64,000 nucleotides of DNA from Chiloscyllium plagiosum. Its lineage: Eukaryota. The DNA lies in contig NC_057753.1 in assembly GCF_004010195.1 (NCBI RefSeq), positions 5,131,513-5,195,512 of the forward strand, given 5' to 3'. Positions 10,663 to 23,692 of this stretch are shown here, one piece after another; the first letter of the stretch is position 1; each line of letters begins with the position of its first letter. Under the pieces are notes generated by a model. It was not told where the DNA came from, ran no database searches, and was given only the letters and a program-made list of their open reading frames with translations. The position numbers were made by a program, and so were the translations under genes.

Positions 10663-11616
10663 ATGCCGCGAGGGAGCGCCGCTCACCGGGCAGAGAGGCC
10701 GTGGAAGTGCGGGGAGTGTGGGAAGGGGTTCGGCTACCCCTCGCAGTTGGAAACCCACCGGCGGAGTCACACCGGCGAGAGGCCGTTCGCCTGCCGCGAC
10801 TGCGGCAAGGCCTTCACCGAATCCTCCTCCCTGCAGAAGCACCAGCGCGTTCACACGGACGAGAGGGAGTTCCAGTGCGCCGACTGCGGCAAGGCCTTTA
10901 AGAACCAGCACGCACTGAACGGGCACCTGCAGGCCCACGTCGGCTTCACCCCGTTCGGCTGCGCCCAGTGCGCGAAGAGGTTCCGGACGTCGACCCAGCT
11001 GCTGAGGCACCAGCCGGTCCACACCGACGAGAGGCCGTACCAGTGCCCGGTCTGCGGGAAGCGCTACAAGGTCGCCCGGGACCTGACGCTGCACCGGCGC
11101 GCCCACGCCGACGAGAGGCCGTACCGGTGCGCGGGCTGCGGGGCCGGCTTCAGGCGCTCCTCCGAGCTCGCCGCGCACCGGCGGGTTCACACCGGGGAGA
11201 GGCCCTTCGCCTGCTCCCAGTGCGGCCGGGCCTTCGCCCAGCTGGCCACCCTCCGCAACCACAGGCGGGTGCACTCCCAGGACCGGCCGTTCGCCTGCTC
11301 CGCGTGCGGGAAGGGCTTCAGCCGCTCGTGCACCCTGCTGACCCACCAGCGCGTGCACACCGGCGAGAGGCCCTTCCGGTGCCTGGACTGCGGCAAGTGC
11401 TTCAAAAGTTCCGGGGACCTGATGGGCCACCAGCGCGTGCACACCGACGAGAGGCCCTTCCGGTGCGCGCGCTGCGGGGCCGGCTTCAGGAGGTCCTCCC
11501 AGCTGACCGTGCACCGGCGGGTTCACACCGGGGAGAGGCCCTTCGTCTGCTCGGTGTGCGGGAGGGGGTTTAATCAAACCTCCAACCTGCTGAGGCACCA
11601 GCGGGTTCACCGGTAA
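10663..11616 (+). CDS. C2H2 zinc-finger protein, 11 fingers, extremely GC-rich CDS
   Basis: 3' part of ORF 10240-11616; ATG at 10663 (MPRGSAAHRAERPWKC) follows the acceptor-like TTTCACAG at 10566-10573; the upstream ORF extension begins in repeat sequence. Confidence 0.88.
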   Translation: MPRGSAAHRAERPWKCGECGKGFGYPSQLETHRRSHTGERPFACRDCGKAFTESSSLQKHQRVHTDEREFQCADCGKAFKNQHALNGHLQAHVGFTPFGCAQCAKRFRTSTQLLRHQPVHTDERPYQCPVCGKRYKVARDLTLHRRAHADERPYRCAGCGAGFRRSSELAAHRRVHTGERPFACSQCGRAFAQLATLRNHRRVHSQDRPFACSACGKGFSRSCTLLTHQRVHTGERPFRCLDCGKCFKSSGDLMGHQRVHTDERPFRCARCGAGFRRSSQLTVHRRVHTGERPFVCSVCGRGFNQTSNLLRHQRVHR

Positions 11617-11627
11617 CGGCAGGGGCT

Positions 11628-11905
11628 GAATCATATAATCCCCTGCAGCGTAGAAACAGACCCTCCGGCCCAACAAGTCCACACCCCATACCCTATTGTC
11701 CCTTATTTACCCCCTGACTAACGCACCTAACCTACACATCTCTGAACACTATGGGCAATCGAGCATAGCCAATTCACCCTGACCTGCACATCTTTGGATT
11801 GTGGAAGGAAACCCATGCAAACACGGGGAGTCGAAGGCTGGAATCGAACCTGGGTCCCTGGCGCTGTGAGGCAGCAGTGCAAACCATTGAGCCACCGTCC
11901 CGCCC
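11628..11905 (-). mobile_element. HE1-like SINE
   Basis: Reverse-complement A/B boxes (GGAATCGAACC, CCATTGAGCCA) and core. Confidence 0.85.
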
Positions 11906-12242
11906 CTGTTCGCATTCGTATGAGCCCCTATGACGTCCCTTTCTTCTGTCTATTCTGTCTGCAAATCTTGTTTCTGAATTTAAATCCACGTATGATCTGT
12001 GCTGGACTGACCATGAACAGACAAACAGGTCATGGCCCAGTCCTGCAACTGTACAGTGACAGGAGGAAGTCTGTTCTGTAATGCAAGGATGAGGCTGGGT
12101 ATGCTCTGAAAGTTGGTAATCTTACCTATGGACTATTTGATAGAGGGGCTGTCCCAAGCTGTCTATATCCATCAGACATTGAAGGAATCGCTCTTAAAGT
12201 AAGCTCACCTCGGGCTCTGCTCCCTGCTGTGATGAACATTCA

Positions 12243-13240
12243 GTGTCTAGTTACAAGTGGACCCCAGTTACAAGTGGAGTTCCGCAGGGATCAGTTCTGG
12301 GTCCTCTGCTTTTCGTAATTTTTATTAATGACTTGGATGAGGGAGTCGAAGGGTGGATCAGTAAATTTGCAGATGATACGAAGATTGGTGGAGTTGTGGA
12401 TAGTGAGGAGGGCTCTTGTCGGCTGCGAAGGGACTTGGATATGATGCAGAGCTGGGCTGAGGAGTGGCAGATGGAGTTCAACCCTGACCAGTGTGAGGTT
12501 GTCCATTTTGGAAAGACAAATAAGAATGCGGAATACAGGGTTAATGGTAGGGTTCTTAGTGAGGTGGAGGAGCAGAGGGATCTTTGGGTCTACGTTCATA
12601 GATCTTTGAAAGTTGCCACTCAGGTGGATAGAGCTTGTAAGAAGGCCTATGGTGTATTAGCGTTCATTAGCAGAGGGATTGAATTCAAGAGTCGTGAAGT
12701 GATGTTGCAACTGTACAGGAGTTTGGTTAGGCCACATTTGGAGTACTGTGTGCAGTTCTGGTCGCCTCACTTTACGAAAGATGTGGAAGCTTTGGAGAGG
12801 GTGCAGAGAAGATTTACCAGGATGTTGCCTGGAATGGAGAATAGGTCGTACGAGGATAGGTTGAGAGTGCTAGGCCTTTTCTCATTGGAACGGCGAAGGA
12901 TGAGGGGTGACTTGATAGAGGTTTATAAGATGATCAGAGGAATAGATAGAGTAGACAGTCAGAAACTTTTTCCCCGGGTACAACAGAGTGTTACAAGGGG
13001 ACATAAATTTAAGGTGAAAGGTGGAACGTATAGGGAAGATGTCAGGGGTGGGTTCTTTACCCAGAGAGTGGTGGGGGCATGGAATGCGCTGCCTGTGGGA
13101 GTGGTAGAGTCAGAATCTTTGGTGACCTTTAAGCGGCAATTGGATAGGTACATGGATGGGTGCTTAAGCTAGGACAAATGTTCGGCACAACATCGTGGGC
13201 CGAAGGGCCTGTTCTGTGCTGTATTGTTCTATGTTCTATG
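12243..13240 (+). mobile_element. Young 5'-truncated CR1/HER1-type LINE with uninterrupted RT C-terminal ORF
   Basis: 309-aa ORF 12243-13172 with SGVPQGSVLGP, KFADDTK and RPHLEYCVQFWSP; TTCTATG repeat tail. Confidence 0.95.
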
Positions 13241-13407
13241 TCTATTGGTGTTGATTTATAGTGAATCACTGACTGACCTGTGGACCTGTGTTTTGTGAAG
13301 TCACTCCCATATTAGATCTGAACTGTTGAATTTCTCTGATTTCATTCACATATCTCGATAAGGAATCTGTCTGCCCACATCTCAATGTATGGACAATAGC
13401 TATGGTG

Positions 13408-13540
13408 TTCCTGATGAAGGACTTTTGCCCGAAACGTCGATTTTCCTGCTCCTCGGCTGCTGCCGGACTTGCTGTGCTTTTCCAGCACCACTCTAATCTT
13501 GACTCTGATCTCCCGCATCTGCAGTACCCACTTCCGCCTA
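13408..13540 (+). repeat. Short hammerhead-bearing repeat flanked by a TATGGTGT direct repeat
   Basis: CTGATGA-AGGAC-TTTT-GCCC-GAAACGTC at 13411-13438; TATGGTGT on both sides. Confidence 0.7.
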
Positions 13541-13954
13541 ACGGTTATGGTGTGACCTAGAGTCTTGGGGAGAGGAGTGGGGGGGTTGCTAGGAATGATT
13601 GAATTGACTCACTCTGCATCTTGCGGGACCCAGACTGAGGTTTAACAAACATATGGACCCTTCAAGCCAGTCTTCAGCTGCAACTCTGCCTTCTGGAAAT
13701 GTTCCCATTATTCTTCAATTCCTTTCGTACAAAAAAAATTCTCAATTTCAATGACGGAGAATTCAGGGCGTCCCCCAATACAGAAGTCTAAGCATGCACC
13801 AGCCTTCAAGTTAAGAAATTCCTTCTTATCTCAGTCCTTAATGGTCACCCTACTATTCTGAGACTGCGACTTTCATTCTCACTTGTTCTTTTTGGTTCCT
13901 CATTCCTGGACACCAGACCTTAGGAAGGATATATTGAATGTGGGGGGAGTACAA

Positions 13955-14695
13955 TGTAGTAGCGGGTTTTGAGAAGATTTGCAGCTCAAGTTGAGGTTCT
14001 GGATGCAGGTTTGCTCGCTGAGCTGGAAGGTTTGTTTTCAGATGTTTCGTCACCCTACTAGGCTGGGCGGCACGGTGGCACAGTGGTTAGCACTGCTGCC
14101 TCACAGCGCCAGAGACCTGGGTTCAATTCCCGCCTCAGGCGACTGACTGACTGTGTGGAGTTTGCACATTCTCCCCGTGTCCGCATGGGTTTCCTCCCAC
14201 ATTCCAAAGATGTGCAGGTTAGGTGAATTGGCCATGCTAAATTGTCCGTAGTGTTAGGTAAGGGGTAAATATAGGGGTATGGGTGGTTTGCGCTTCGACG
14301 GGTCGGTGTGGACTTGTTGGGCCGAAGGACCTGTTTCCACACTGTAAAGTAATCTAATCTAATCTAATCTAACATCTTCAGTCAGCCTCCGAATGAAGCA
14401 CTGGTAGTGCAGCCCTCTTTCTATTTATATGTTTATATTTGAGTTTCCTAGGGTTGGTGATGTAATTTCCTGTGGTGATGTCATTTCCTGTTTTTTTCCC
14501 CCTCAGGTCGTGGTAAATAGGATCCAAGTCAATGTGTTTGTTGATAGAGTTCGTTGATAGGAAACTCAAACATATAAATAGAAAGCGGGCTACACCACCA
14601 GTGTTTTGTCCGGAGGCTCACTGACGATGTTACCTAGTATGGTGATGAAATTTCTGAAAACAAACCTTCCAGCTCAGCGAGCAAACCTACATTCA
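13955..14695. mobile_element. Penelope-like terminus with inverted pLTR, containing a nested HE1-like SINE (14063-14369, plus)
   Basis: Inverted copies of CTGAAAACAAACCTTCCAGCTCAGCGAGCAAACCT; the SINE has A/B boxes and a (TCTAA)n tail. Confidence 0.8.
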
Positions 14696-15779
14696 GTACA
14701 ATGTATGTTTACAAGAATGATACCTGGACTTAATGGATCAAGTTACGAGGAGAGATTATATAAATTAGGCTTGTTCTCTGAAGCGTTGAGATGATTAAGG
14801 GGTGATCTGGTTGAAGTCATCAGGATTTAACAAGAAAAGCCTGCATAACAGAGTACATAAACATAAACTATGGTTGGAGATTCAAGAAAAGGTGGGCATT
14901 GTGTGAGAATTAGGGCCAGACTGATGAGAGGCGTTATTTGGAAGCCCTTCGACACTGGAAGAGTGAGAGATATTTGGAACCATCTTCACAAATAGGAATG
15001 AACGCTGGATCAGTTGTTAATTTTAAATTTGAGAGAGATTTGGTTTTTGTTAAGCCATAGGCAGGTACGTGGAGTGAAGCAAGAGATCAGCCACTGAATG
15101 GTGGAACAGGCTGGAGGGGCTAAATCGCTCTTGTTCCTCTAATTCTTCTGTATCTCAAGCATAAGGACAGATTGCACAAGATTTCGTAACTTCCATTATC
15201 TTGTTCTGAACTTGTACAAATCAGTTCAAGGCATCACATCACATCACACTCTTTCCTCTCCCCCCCCCCCCCCCCCCCAAGTCAGATCCTAGGATGAAAC
15301 CTGTCTTGATAGATTATATGTTTTGCTAGTTGGTTACTATGGTGGTCAGTCACTGAACACATCGATAAGATGCTGCCAATGTATGTTTAATAAAAGAACA
15401 TCAAATTTTTATTACAGAAAATAATAAAATGCAAAGTGATGAAAATACATATTTGTCTGCCAAATTGAAAAAACGTTTAAAAATTTAACTGCAAAAAAGG
15501 AACAATTCAACCCGTCTTTATTCCCAGCAATATCCTTCACAGATACTCAATCCTTTAAATGGATATCAATATAAGAGGTAAGTTGGCAGATTACATGAAT
15601 ATTGGTGGTGGGGTAAATAATGAGGAGGAAAGTCTCAGACAAAATAGACTTGCTGGTCAGATGGGCTGGATTAAATTCTGAAAACTGTGAAGTAATGCAT
15701 TTTGGGAGAACTAATAAGAGAAGGGCTGGATCCGAGAAAGTACAGAGGATCAGGAGAGCTTTGGTATGTCATGTAGCAA

Positions 15780-17110
15780 AAGAGAAGGACAGCACAGGAT
15801 CGGGCACTTCAGCTCTCCAAATCTGTGCCGATCATCATGCTAAAAAAAATTGTGATATTATTCAGTCCATATCCCTTTACCCCCTCCCTATTCATGTAAC
15901 AATCCAGATGCCTCTTCACTGTTGCCAATGTACCTGCTTCCACCATCTCTTTTGGCAATGCAGTCCAGGCTCCTACCACACTCTGCATGAAAAACGTGCC
16001 TCCGTTAAACTTTCCCCCTCTCACCTTGAACCTGTGGCGCCTTGTAATTAAGACCTCAACCCTGGGAAAAAGCCTCTGACTATCCACCCTCTCGGCGCCG
16101 CTCCTAATTGTGTCCACGTCTAACAGGTCCCCTCTCAGCCGCTGTCTTTCCAGTGAAAATGATCCCAGTCTCTTTAACCTCTCTCCTCAGCCAATGCCCT
16201 CGAGCCCAGAGAACATCGTGGTGAACCTTCTCTGCACTCTCTCTCTAAAGCTTCCTTCTGGTAGTGTGGCGATCAAAACTGCACATCGTACTCCCAACTG
16301 TGGCCTAACGAGGGTTTGATAGAGCTGCAACATGGTTGGCCAACTCTTGTAGTCCATGCCCTAGCCCCAATGAAGGCAAGCATACCATACACCTTCTTAC
16401 ATCACCTTGCCTACCTGTCTTGCCACTTTTAGGGAACTGTGGACTTGCGCGCCCAGACTTGTCTGTACGTTAATGTTCCTAAGTGTTCTGCCATTTGCTG
16501 TACAATTCACCAAAAGACATGACCCACTTATCACTAGTTTCTATACATACAGACAAAAGGAGGGCACCTACTTGGACTGGGACAACACACACCTTCCTCA
16601 GACAGGCGAAACATAGACACGCAAGAGAATTCTTAGAGGCATGGCGTTCTAACCAGAACTCGATCAAAAAACACATGGATTTCGATCCTATCTACCTCCC
16701 TTGGAAAAACAAAAGACAACCGGAAATGACATCATCTGCCTTGAGAAACCAAGACCTATAAGTAGAGAGGTGGGACATACCACCAGCGCTTCACTGAAGA
16801 CTCTCACTGATGATGTTACCTAGTATGGTGACAAAATGTCTGAAAACAAAGCTTCAAGCTCAGTGAGCTAACTTACATACCTTAAAACAATTCACGCTTA
16901 AGTATGGTCCTTCTAAATGTATCACCTTGCATTTGTCTGGATTAAACTCCATCTGCCATTTCTACACCCAAGTCGCCAATCTAGCCATATCCTGTTGAAT
17001 CCTTTCACGATCGCCGGCAGTATCAGCAACTCCACTGGCTTTCAGGTCATCTGAAAACTCACTAATCAGACCACTCACCTTTTCCTCCAGATCATTTACA
17101 CATACTACAA
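15780..17110 (-). mobile_element. CR1-type LINE fragments split by a plus-strand Penelope 3' fragment (about 16500-16885)
   Basis: RVDSQRLFPRVE...VVGAWTALP on minus; Penelope peptide REFLEAW...DPIY on plus. Confidence 0.75.
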
Positions 17111-17367
17111 ACATATCCTTGAAGGCAGCATGACAGGTAAATAATGTGGCTAAGAAATCATGTGGGATACTTGCCTTTATTAGACAAGGCAGCGAATAGT
17201 ACAGCGAGGGGTTAGAATGAAGCTGAAAATAATGTTTGGCCGCAGATCAAAACTGCATGTTGTTGTGCTCACTCCACCACTGGAAGGGTGTGACTGCACT
17301 AGAAGAGAATTTCCAGGATGTTGCAGCGGTTGAAGAGAGACTAAATAGGCTGGAGTGGTTTTCCTCA

Positions 17368-17730
17368 GAGTCGAAAGTGTGGTGCTGGAAAAGCACAGCA
17401 GGTCAGGCAGCATCTGAGGAGCAGGAAAGTCAATGTTTCAGGCATTAGCCCTTCGATCTGACATAAGGAGCGGGGGGTTGGGGAAATGTGGAAACTGGTG
17501 AAATCCACATTGATGCCATGTGGTTGGAAGGTCTCAAGGGAGAAGATGAGGCGTTTTTCCTCCAGGCATCAGGTGGTTAGGGAGTGGCAGTGGAGGAAGC
17601 CCAGGACCTGCACATCCTCAGCGGAGTGGGAGGGGGGGGGGGGGGAGTTGAAGTGTTTGGCCACAGGCCGGTAGGATTGGTTGGTGCGGGTGGCCCGGAG
17701 ATGTTCCCTGAAGCGCTCCGCAGAGAAGGC
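17368..17730 (-). mobile_element. Penelope-like ORF C-terminus followed by a short hammerhead-type terminal repeat
   Basis: Minus strand reads LEEKRLIFSLETFQPHGINVDF, then GAAGGGCTAATGCCTGAAACATTGAC...CCTGCTGTGCTTTTCCAGCACCAC. Confidence 0.7.
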
Positions 17731-18867
17731 TGAGAGGGGAACCTGACTGAGCTACACAAGCTGAGGAGGGGTGTAGATAGGGAGAAACATTTCTCCTTAG
17801 TAGAGGTGTCAATGATCTGGAACACAGGTTTACACTAAGGAGCAGGAGGTTTAGCGGAAACAAGAGGAGAACGTTTTTCACTTGAGGGTGGTGGGTGCCT
17901 GGAACTCACTGTCTAAAGTGCAGTGGACATGGGAACTATCTAGACATTTAAAAGCTATTTTAGGTGAAATGCCATAGAAGATAAAACTGTGGGCCAAAAG
18001 CTGGTCAATGGGATAAGAACAATGCTTACGGACCAGTGCAGGAACAATGGGCTTTTCTTCTGTGCTATTAAAATTCTGATGAAGTTTCACTCCTACTTTT
18101 AATTTCTGACTTAACTGATGAGATCGCAAGCTTTTCATTTCAGACTTTCTGCACACTCACCACGGGATTCTCTCGACTTCCCGCAGAGAGACAGGTGAAG
18201 CCACTGACTTTTCTCAGTGAACCTTGGGAGGGCCTCAGGGCCTTTCCTCGCCCTTTCTCCTGGGACTGTCAAAGGATTAAAGACTTCCTTCCAGCCTGAA
18301 GACCCCCACAAACTAAATGACCTTCCTGGAATACCTTTCAATTCTAAACTCAACCTGTTGGCCGTCTCATTGCACTGGCGGGTCACACAGAAAACGTTAC
18401 ATTGATTTAAATTGCCAGATAACTTACTCGTCAGTTAAGTCACGCATTTTTCCTTTCGAAGCCATGTTTAAGCTCATTGTTCGAAGCTAACTTTCAGACC
18501 TCTTTAAAAAAAGCCCCTTCACAGAACCAAGATCAAAACCCATTTACCTCTACTCTGATATTCAGGTGTCCCCCCCCATAGTCATGTTAAAAACCTTCAG
18601 GTTACTCCTCCTGAATTTATTGACAGAAGAGGAACAGAATTTCTACACACTCTATTCAGAAAATGGACGGCCGAGTACATTTCTTCCCTCACACGGAATA
18701 TGTTTAACGGCACCTCCTCACTGTGGATGTGCTGGTGCCCCAGCAAGCTGGACAATTCAGGGAATTCCTTTCCCACACGGACTACAAATGAGTAGCCTCT
18801 CCATCAAACGGGATGGAGAACTAAACTCCTTTCCACATGCCTCGAATTTCCGCCGCTGCTCCCTGTT

Positions 18868-19140
18868 ATCATAGAATTCCGACAGCGTGGAAGCAGGCTA
18901 TTTGGCCTATCCGTGCCGATCCTCCGAAGAGCATCCCACCAAGGCCAACCCCACTGCCTGATCCCGGTAATTTCCCATGGCTAATTCACCTAACCTGCAC
19001 ATCCCTGGCCCGTCATACCTTTGGACTGTGGAAGGAAATCAGAGCACTGAGACACTGGGGAACGTGCAAACTCCACACAGACTGAGGCTGGAATCGAACC
19101 CGGGCCCCTGGTACCGTGAGGCAGCAATGCAAACTGAGTC
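18868..19140 (-). mobile_element. HE1-like SINE
   Basis: GGAATCGAACCCGGG B box (reverse), TGTGCAAACTCCACACAG-like core. Confidence 0.8.
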
Positions 19141-19179
19141 TTTTGTGGCTATCCTTGTGTCTTTCCAGGTTGAATGACT

Positions 19180-21980
19180 ATAGAGTCATAAGAGAATGGA
19201 ATTAGACCCTTCGGTCCAAACAGTCCATGCCAACCGCAATCCCAAACCAAACTGCACTTGGCCCATGTCCCTCCAAACCTTTCCTATTTATGTACTTATG
19301 ACCACAGTGCTCAGTGGTTAGCACTGCTGCCTCACAGTGCCAGGGACCCAGGTTCGATTCCAGCCTTTTTTTGGGGGGGGGCACTGACTATGTGGAGTTT
19401 GCACATTCTCCCCGTATCTGCGTGGGTTTCCTCCGGGTGCTCCGGTTTCCTCCCACAATCCAAAGATGTGCAGATTGGGCAACTGAGGACAGCAAATTCA
19501 CCCAAAGTGTTAGGTGCGTTAGTCAGGGCTAAATATAGGGTAGGGGAATGGGTCGGGATGGGCTACTCTTCAAAGGGTCGGTGTGGACTTGTTGGGCCGA
19601 AGAGCCTATTTCCATACTGTCAGAAATCTAATCTAATTTTATCCAAACGTCTTTTAAATGTTGCAACTGCAGCTGCATCCACCACTTCACTCCACATGTG
19701 AACTACTCTGTGTAAAAAGAAATTGCCTAGTCTTGTCTTAATCTTTCTCCTTTCACCTTAAAAATATGCCCCCTAGTCTTGAAATCCCCAACCCCCACCT
19801 GCTATTCATATCTATACCCCTCATTATTTTTCAAACCTCTATAAAAGGGCACCGCTAAACTTCCTACACTCCAGTGAAAAACGTCCCAGTCTATCCAGCC
19901 TCTCTTAATTCAAATCCTCTATTCCCAGCAAGGTCCTGATAAATCTCTTCTTAACCATCTGCAGCTTAATTAGTAGCCCTCCTATAACAGGGTGACCAGA
20001 ACTGGACATCGTATACCAGAAGAGGCCTCACCAACATCCTGTACAACCTCAACATAACGTCCCAACTCCTGTACTCAAAAGGTCTGAGCAATGAAGGCAA
20101 GCCTTCGAGCCAGCACCACCATTCATTATGATCATGGCTAATCATCCACAATCAGTGTCCTGTTCCTCACTTATTCCAATAACTCTCAATTCCACTATCT
20201 TTAAGAGGTCTATCCATCTCTTTCTTGAAAGTATCCAGAGACTTAGCCTCCGCTGCCTTCTGAGGCAGAGCATTACATATATCCACCACTCTCTGGGTGA
20301 AGAAATTTCTCCTCAAATGCCCTTTTAACCACTACATGTGATGCAAACTTCAAAGAATTTTGTACCTAATCTCACTGTTCTACAACATTGCCCAAGGCCC
20401 TACCTTTAAATGTTTAAGTCTTGTCCTTGTTTATTTGACCAAAATGTAATACCTCGCATTTATCCAAAGTTAACTCCATTTTCCACTCTTCAGCCATTGA
20501 CCCAACTGATTGAGATCTTTTTGTAATCTTAAATCATCTTCTTCAGGATCGCCAATCATGGTGTCATGACAAACTTACCGACCATGCTTTCTATATTATC
20601 ATCTAAATCATTTATATAAATGATAAACAAAAGTGGATCCAGCATCGATCCCTGGGATCCAGTTAGCAAAAACAACCGTCACTCTCGATTTCCTGTCATT
20701 AAGCCAATTCCGTATCCTATCGGCCAGCTCACCTTGAATCCCATGTGATCTAACTTTACTGATTAGTCTACCACGTGGAGCCTTGTCAACAGCTTTACTA
20801 CTGTCCAAGTAAAACAACGTCTACCGTTCTGGCCTTGTCAAATCATCTTGGTTGTTTTCTCAAAATAAAACAACAACAATCAGGTTTGTGAGACACATTT
20901 CCCTCACACAAAGCCATGCTGACTATCCCCAACCTGTACAAGTGCATAAAAAAACCCAAGCTTTCAGAATCACTTCCAACAACGTACCCACAATGAAGTC
21001 AGACTCACAGGTCTATAGACAATATGCACAGGAGTAGGCCATTCGGCCCTTCGAGCCTGCACCACCATTCATTATGATCATGGCTGATCACCCGCAATCA
21101 GTATCCTGTTCCTGCCTTATCCCCATAACCCTTGATTCCACTATCCTTAAGAGCTCTATCCATCTCTTTCTTGAAAGTATCCAGAAACTTGGCCTTCACT
21201 GCCTTCTGGGGCAGAGCATTCCATACACCCACCACTCTCTGGGTGAAGAGGTTTCTCCTCCACTCTGTTCTAAGTGGCCTACCCCTCATTTTAGAACTGT
21301 GTCCTCTGGTTCGGGACCCACCCATCAGTGGAATCATGCCTCCTGCGTCCAGAGTGTCCAATCCTTTAATAATCTTATACATCTCAATCAGATCCCCTCT
21401 CAGCCTTCTAAACTCAAGTGTATACAAGCCCAGTCACTCCAAAATCTTTCGACATATGATAGTCCCGCCATTCTGGGAATTGACCTCGTGAACCTACCCT
21501 GCACTCCCTCAATAGCCAGAATGTCCTTAAATTTGGAGACCAAAACTGCACACAATACTCCAGGTGCGATCTCACCAATGCCCTGTACAGCTGCAGAAGG
21601 ATCTCTTTGCTCCTATGCTCAATTCCTCTTGTTACGAAGGCCAGCAATCCATTAGCTTTCTTCACTGCCTGCTGTACCTGCATGCTTGCTTTCATTGACT
21701 GATGTACAAAAACACCTAGATCTCGTTGTATTGCTCCTTTACCTAACTTGACTCCATTTTGATAGTAATCTGCTTTCTTGTTCTTGCCACCAAAGTGGAT
21801 AACCACACATTTATCCACATTAAACTGCATCTGCCAAGCATCCGTCCACTCATTTAGTCTGTCCAAGTCACCCTGCATTCTCAATATAATTCCCAGGATT
21901 CTCCTTACATTCCTTCTTAAACAAAGGCCATCTCCAGTCATGGGCACCTCACCCGTATTTATAAGAGGATACAAACATTT
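19180..21980 (-). mobile_element. Nested CR1-type LINE fragments with a plus-strand HE1-like SINE (about 19300-19637)
   Basis: Minus ORFs 19966-20151, 20608-20817, 21098-21427 and 21414-21974 carry CR1 RT/C-terminal motifs. Confidence 0.85.
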
Positions 21981-23692
21981 GTGCAGTAATATTAATTATT
22001 AACACCAATCAGTTGAAGCCTTACTTAGACTGTACAGTCTAGGAAACAAGCTGTTCAACCCAACCAGCTTGTGATGCACTTATGCTCCACTTCAACCACC
22101 TCCCGTCTTTCTAAATCAAAATCTACTCTCTCCACTTCATAATCTCCTCTCCCTTATTTATTTGTCTCGCCTCCCGCAAAGGGATCAGGACTATTCACTG
22201 AGACCACTCCCTGTGCTGGCGAGTTCCACATTCTTACCCCCTGCTTTAGTGAGAAGGTTTCTTCCCCATTCTCTACTATATTTCCTGATGGCTGTTTAAG
22301 ATTGACACTCTCTAGTTACACTCACAACAGAAAGCATTCCCCTCTGTGTTCATAAATTTAAAGACCTCTGTGTCATCACTGGCTTAGCCAGCGAATCCAG
22401 ACCCAGCCTGTCAATCCTTTCCTGACCCAGAAATCCTGCGATCACCATGATAAACATTCCCAGATCACCAGGATAACATTCTGGAATCACCAGGATAAAC
22501 CTCCTGTGCTCCCTCACCAGTGTCTCTTAAAAGGTCAATAGCACTGCAGTGTGGGCAGAGAGATCTTTTATACTTGAGTCACAGATAATCCAAAAACACG
22601 GGTGGGAGCGGTTAAGACCCGATCTGATCTTGAAAGAGTTAGTTAAGATGCGACAGCTTAAACATTGTGTGTGAGCTAAACAGATAGGAAATGCATACAG
22701 CCTGTGACAGTGAGAATGCTCGCAGAGGTCAAACAGACTGAGGATGCAGATCGAGTGCAGGTCTCCGAAGCCGATGACAGCACCTCCTCCAGATGGTTCA
22801 CTGGAAGGTGTGGAGGGTGGCTTGAAACCAGTGGGGATCAATTCCGAACATCTTCCACGTCCAAAGTGAAAAATCTTCCCCTCGATAGCCATTGGGATCT
22901 TTACACAGTTGCGTGTGGGACGTTTATCTGGGTTGCATGTATCTTTCTCGAGGCATGTCCAGGGCAAAGAGACCAGGCCTGCGCAGTGTCAGTCAGCCAG
23001 AAAGATGCTGTGAATTATTTCCTCATCAGTGCGAAAGACAGAGAGAAAGAGAGCTATCTGATTAAGATGGAGTACATTTCTTCAGATCCTCTAAGTTCAA
23101 TGATTTCGAACAGGGCAAAAGTGAGGACTGCAGATGCTGGAACCCAGAGTTTAGATCAGAGTGGTGCTGGAAAAGCACAGCAGGTCAGGCAACATCCGAG
23201 GGGCACTGATTTGTGACAGTTCATTGCTTGGGATACCTTGCCTCCATTCCTGTGCTGCGGGATATTTCTTTAAAACAGGTGGGAGACTAACACTGGAGAC
23301 TCTCAATTCCTCCCGAATTCCCACTTCCTTCTGGTGGATAATGCCGGTGTGGATTGTCCAAGATTTGTCAGCAAGGATTCATCAACGCTTCCTCAGGGAG
23401 GTGTTAACTGAGTGGAAGTTCACAGACCACGAATCGCGGAGTTCATAATAAAGATCAACTTGGAACTGAAGTCATAGTCCCTGGCATTATTCTGAACTAA
23501 GGTCAGATGAACCATGGGGAAAGATCACAGACCGCGGTTCTCAAAGGGACACTCCGGCCCGAGGAATGCAATCAGCAACAGATCCAGAATATTACACAGG
23601 GACGATTGAAATCAGTACAAATGGCCCCTTCGCTTTCAGAATTGTTCAGTCGTGGATACGATTAACAGTAGCGTGTAACGGAATCCCGGTGC

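Noticed and set aside
10558..11682. 374-aa antisense ORF (and alternate-frame ORFs 10491-10901 and 10968-11573)
   Set aside because: Shadow ORFs expected from a stop-poor, very GC-rich repetitive ZNF CDS.
14063..14140. tRNA gene candidates at SINE 5' ends
   Set aside because: A/B boxes are followed by the SINE core and LINE-like tail; these are tRNA-derived SINE heads, not tRNA genes.
22527..23216. Overlapping 146-aa (minus) and 170-aa (plus) ORFs
   Set aside because: No recognisable motifs; the plus ORF ends in repeat sequence; cannot be supported without a search.
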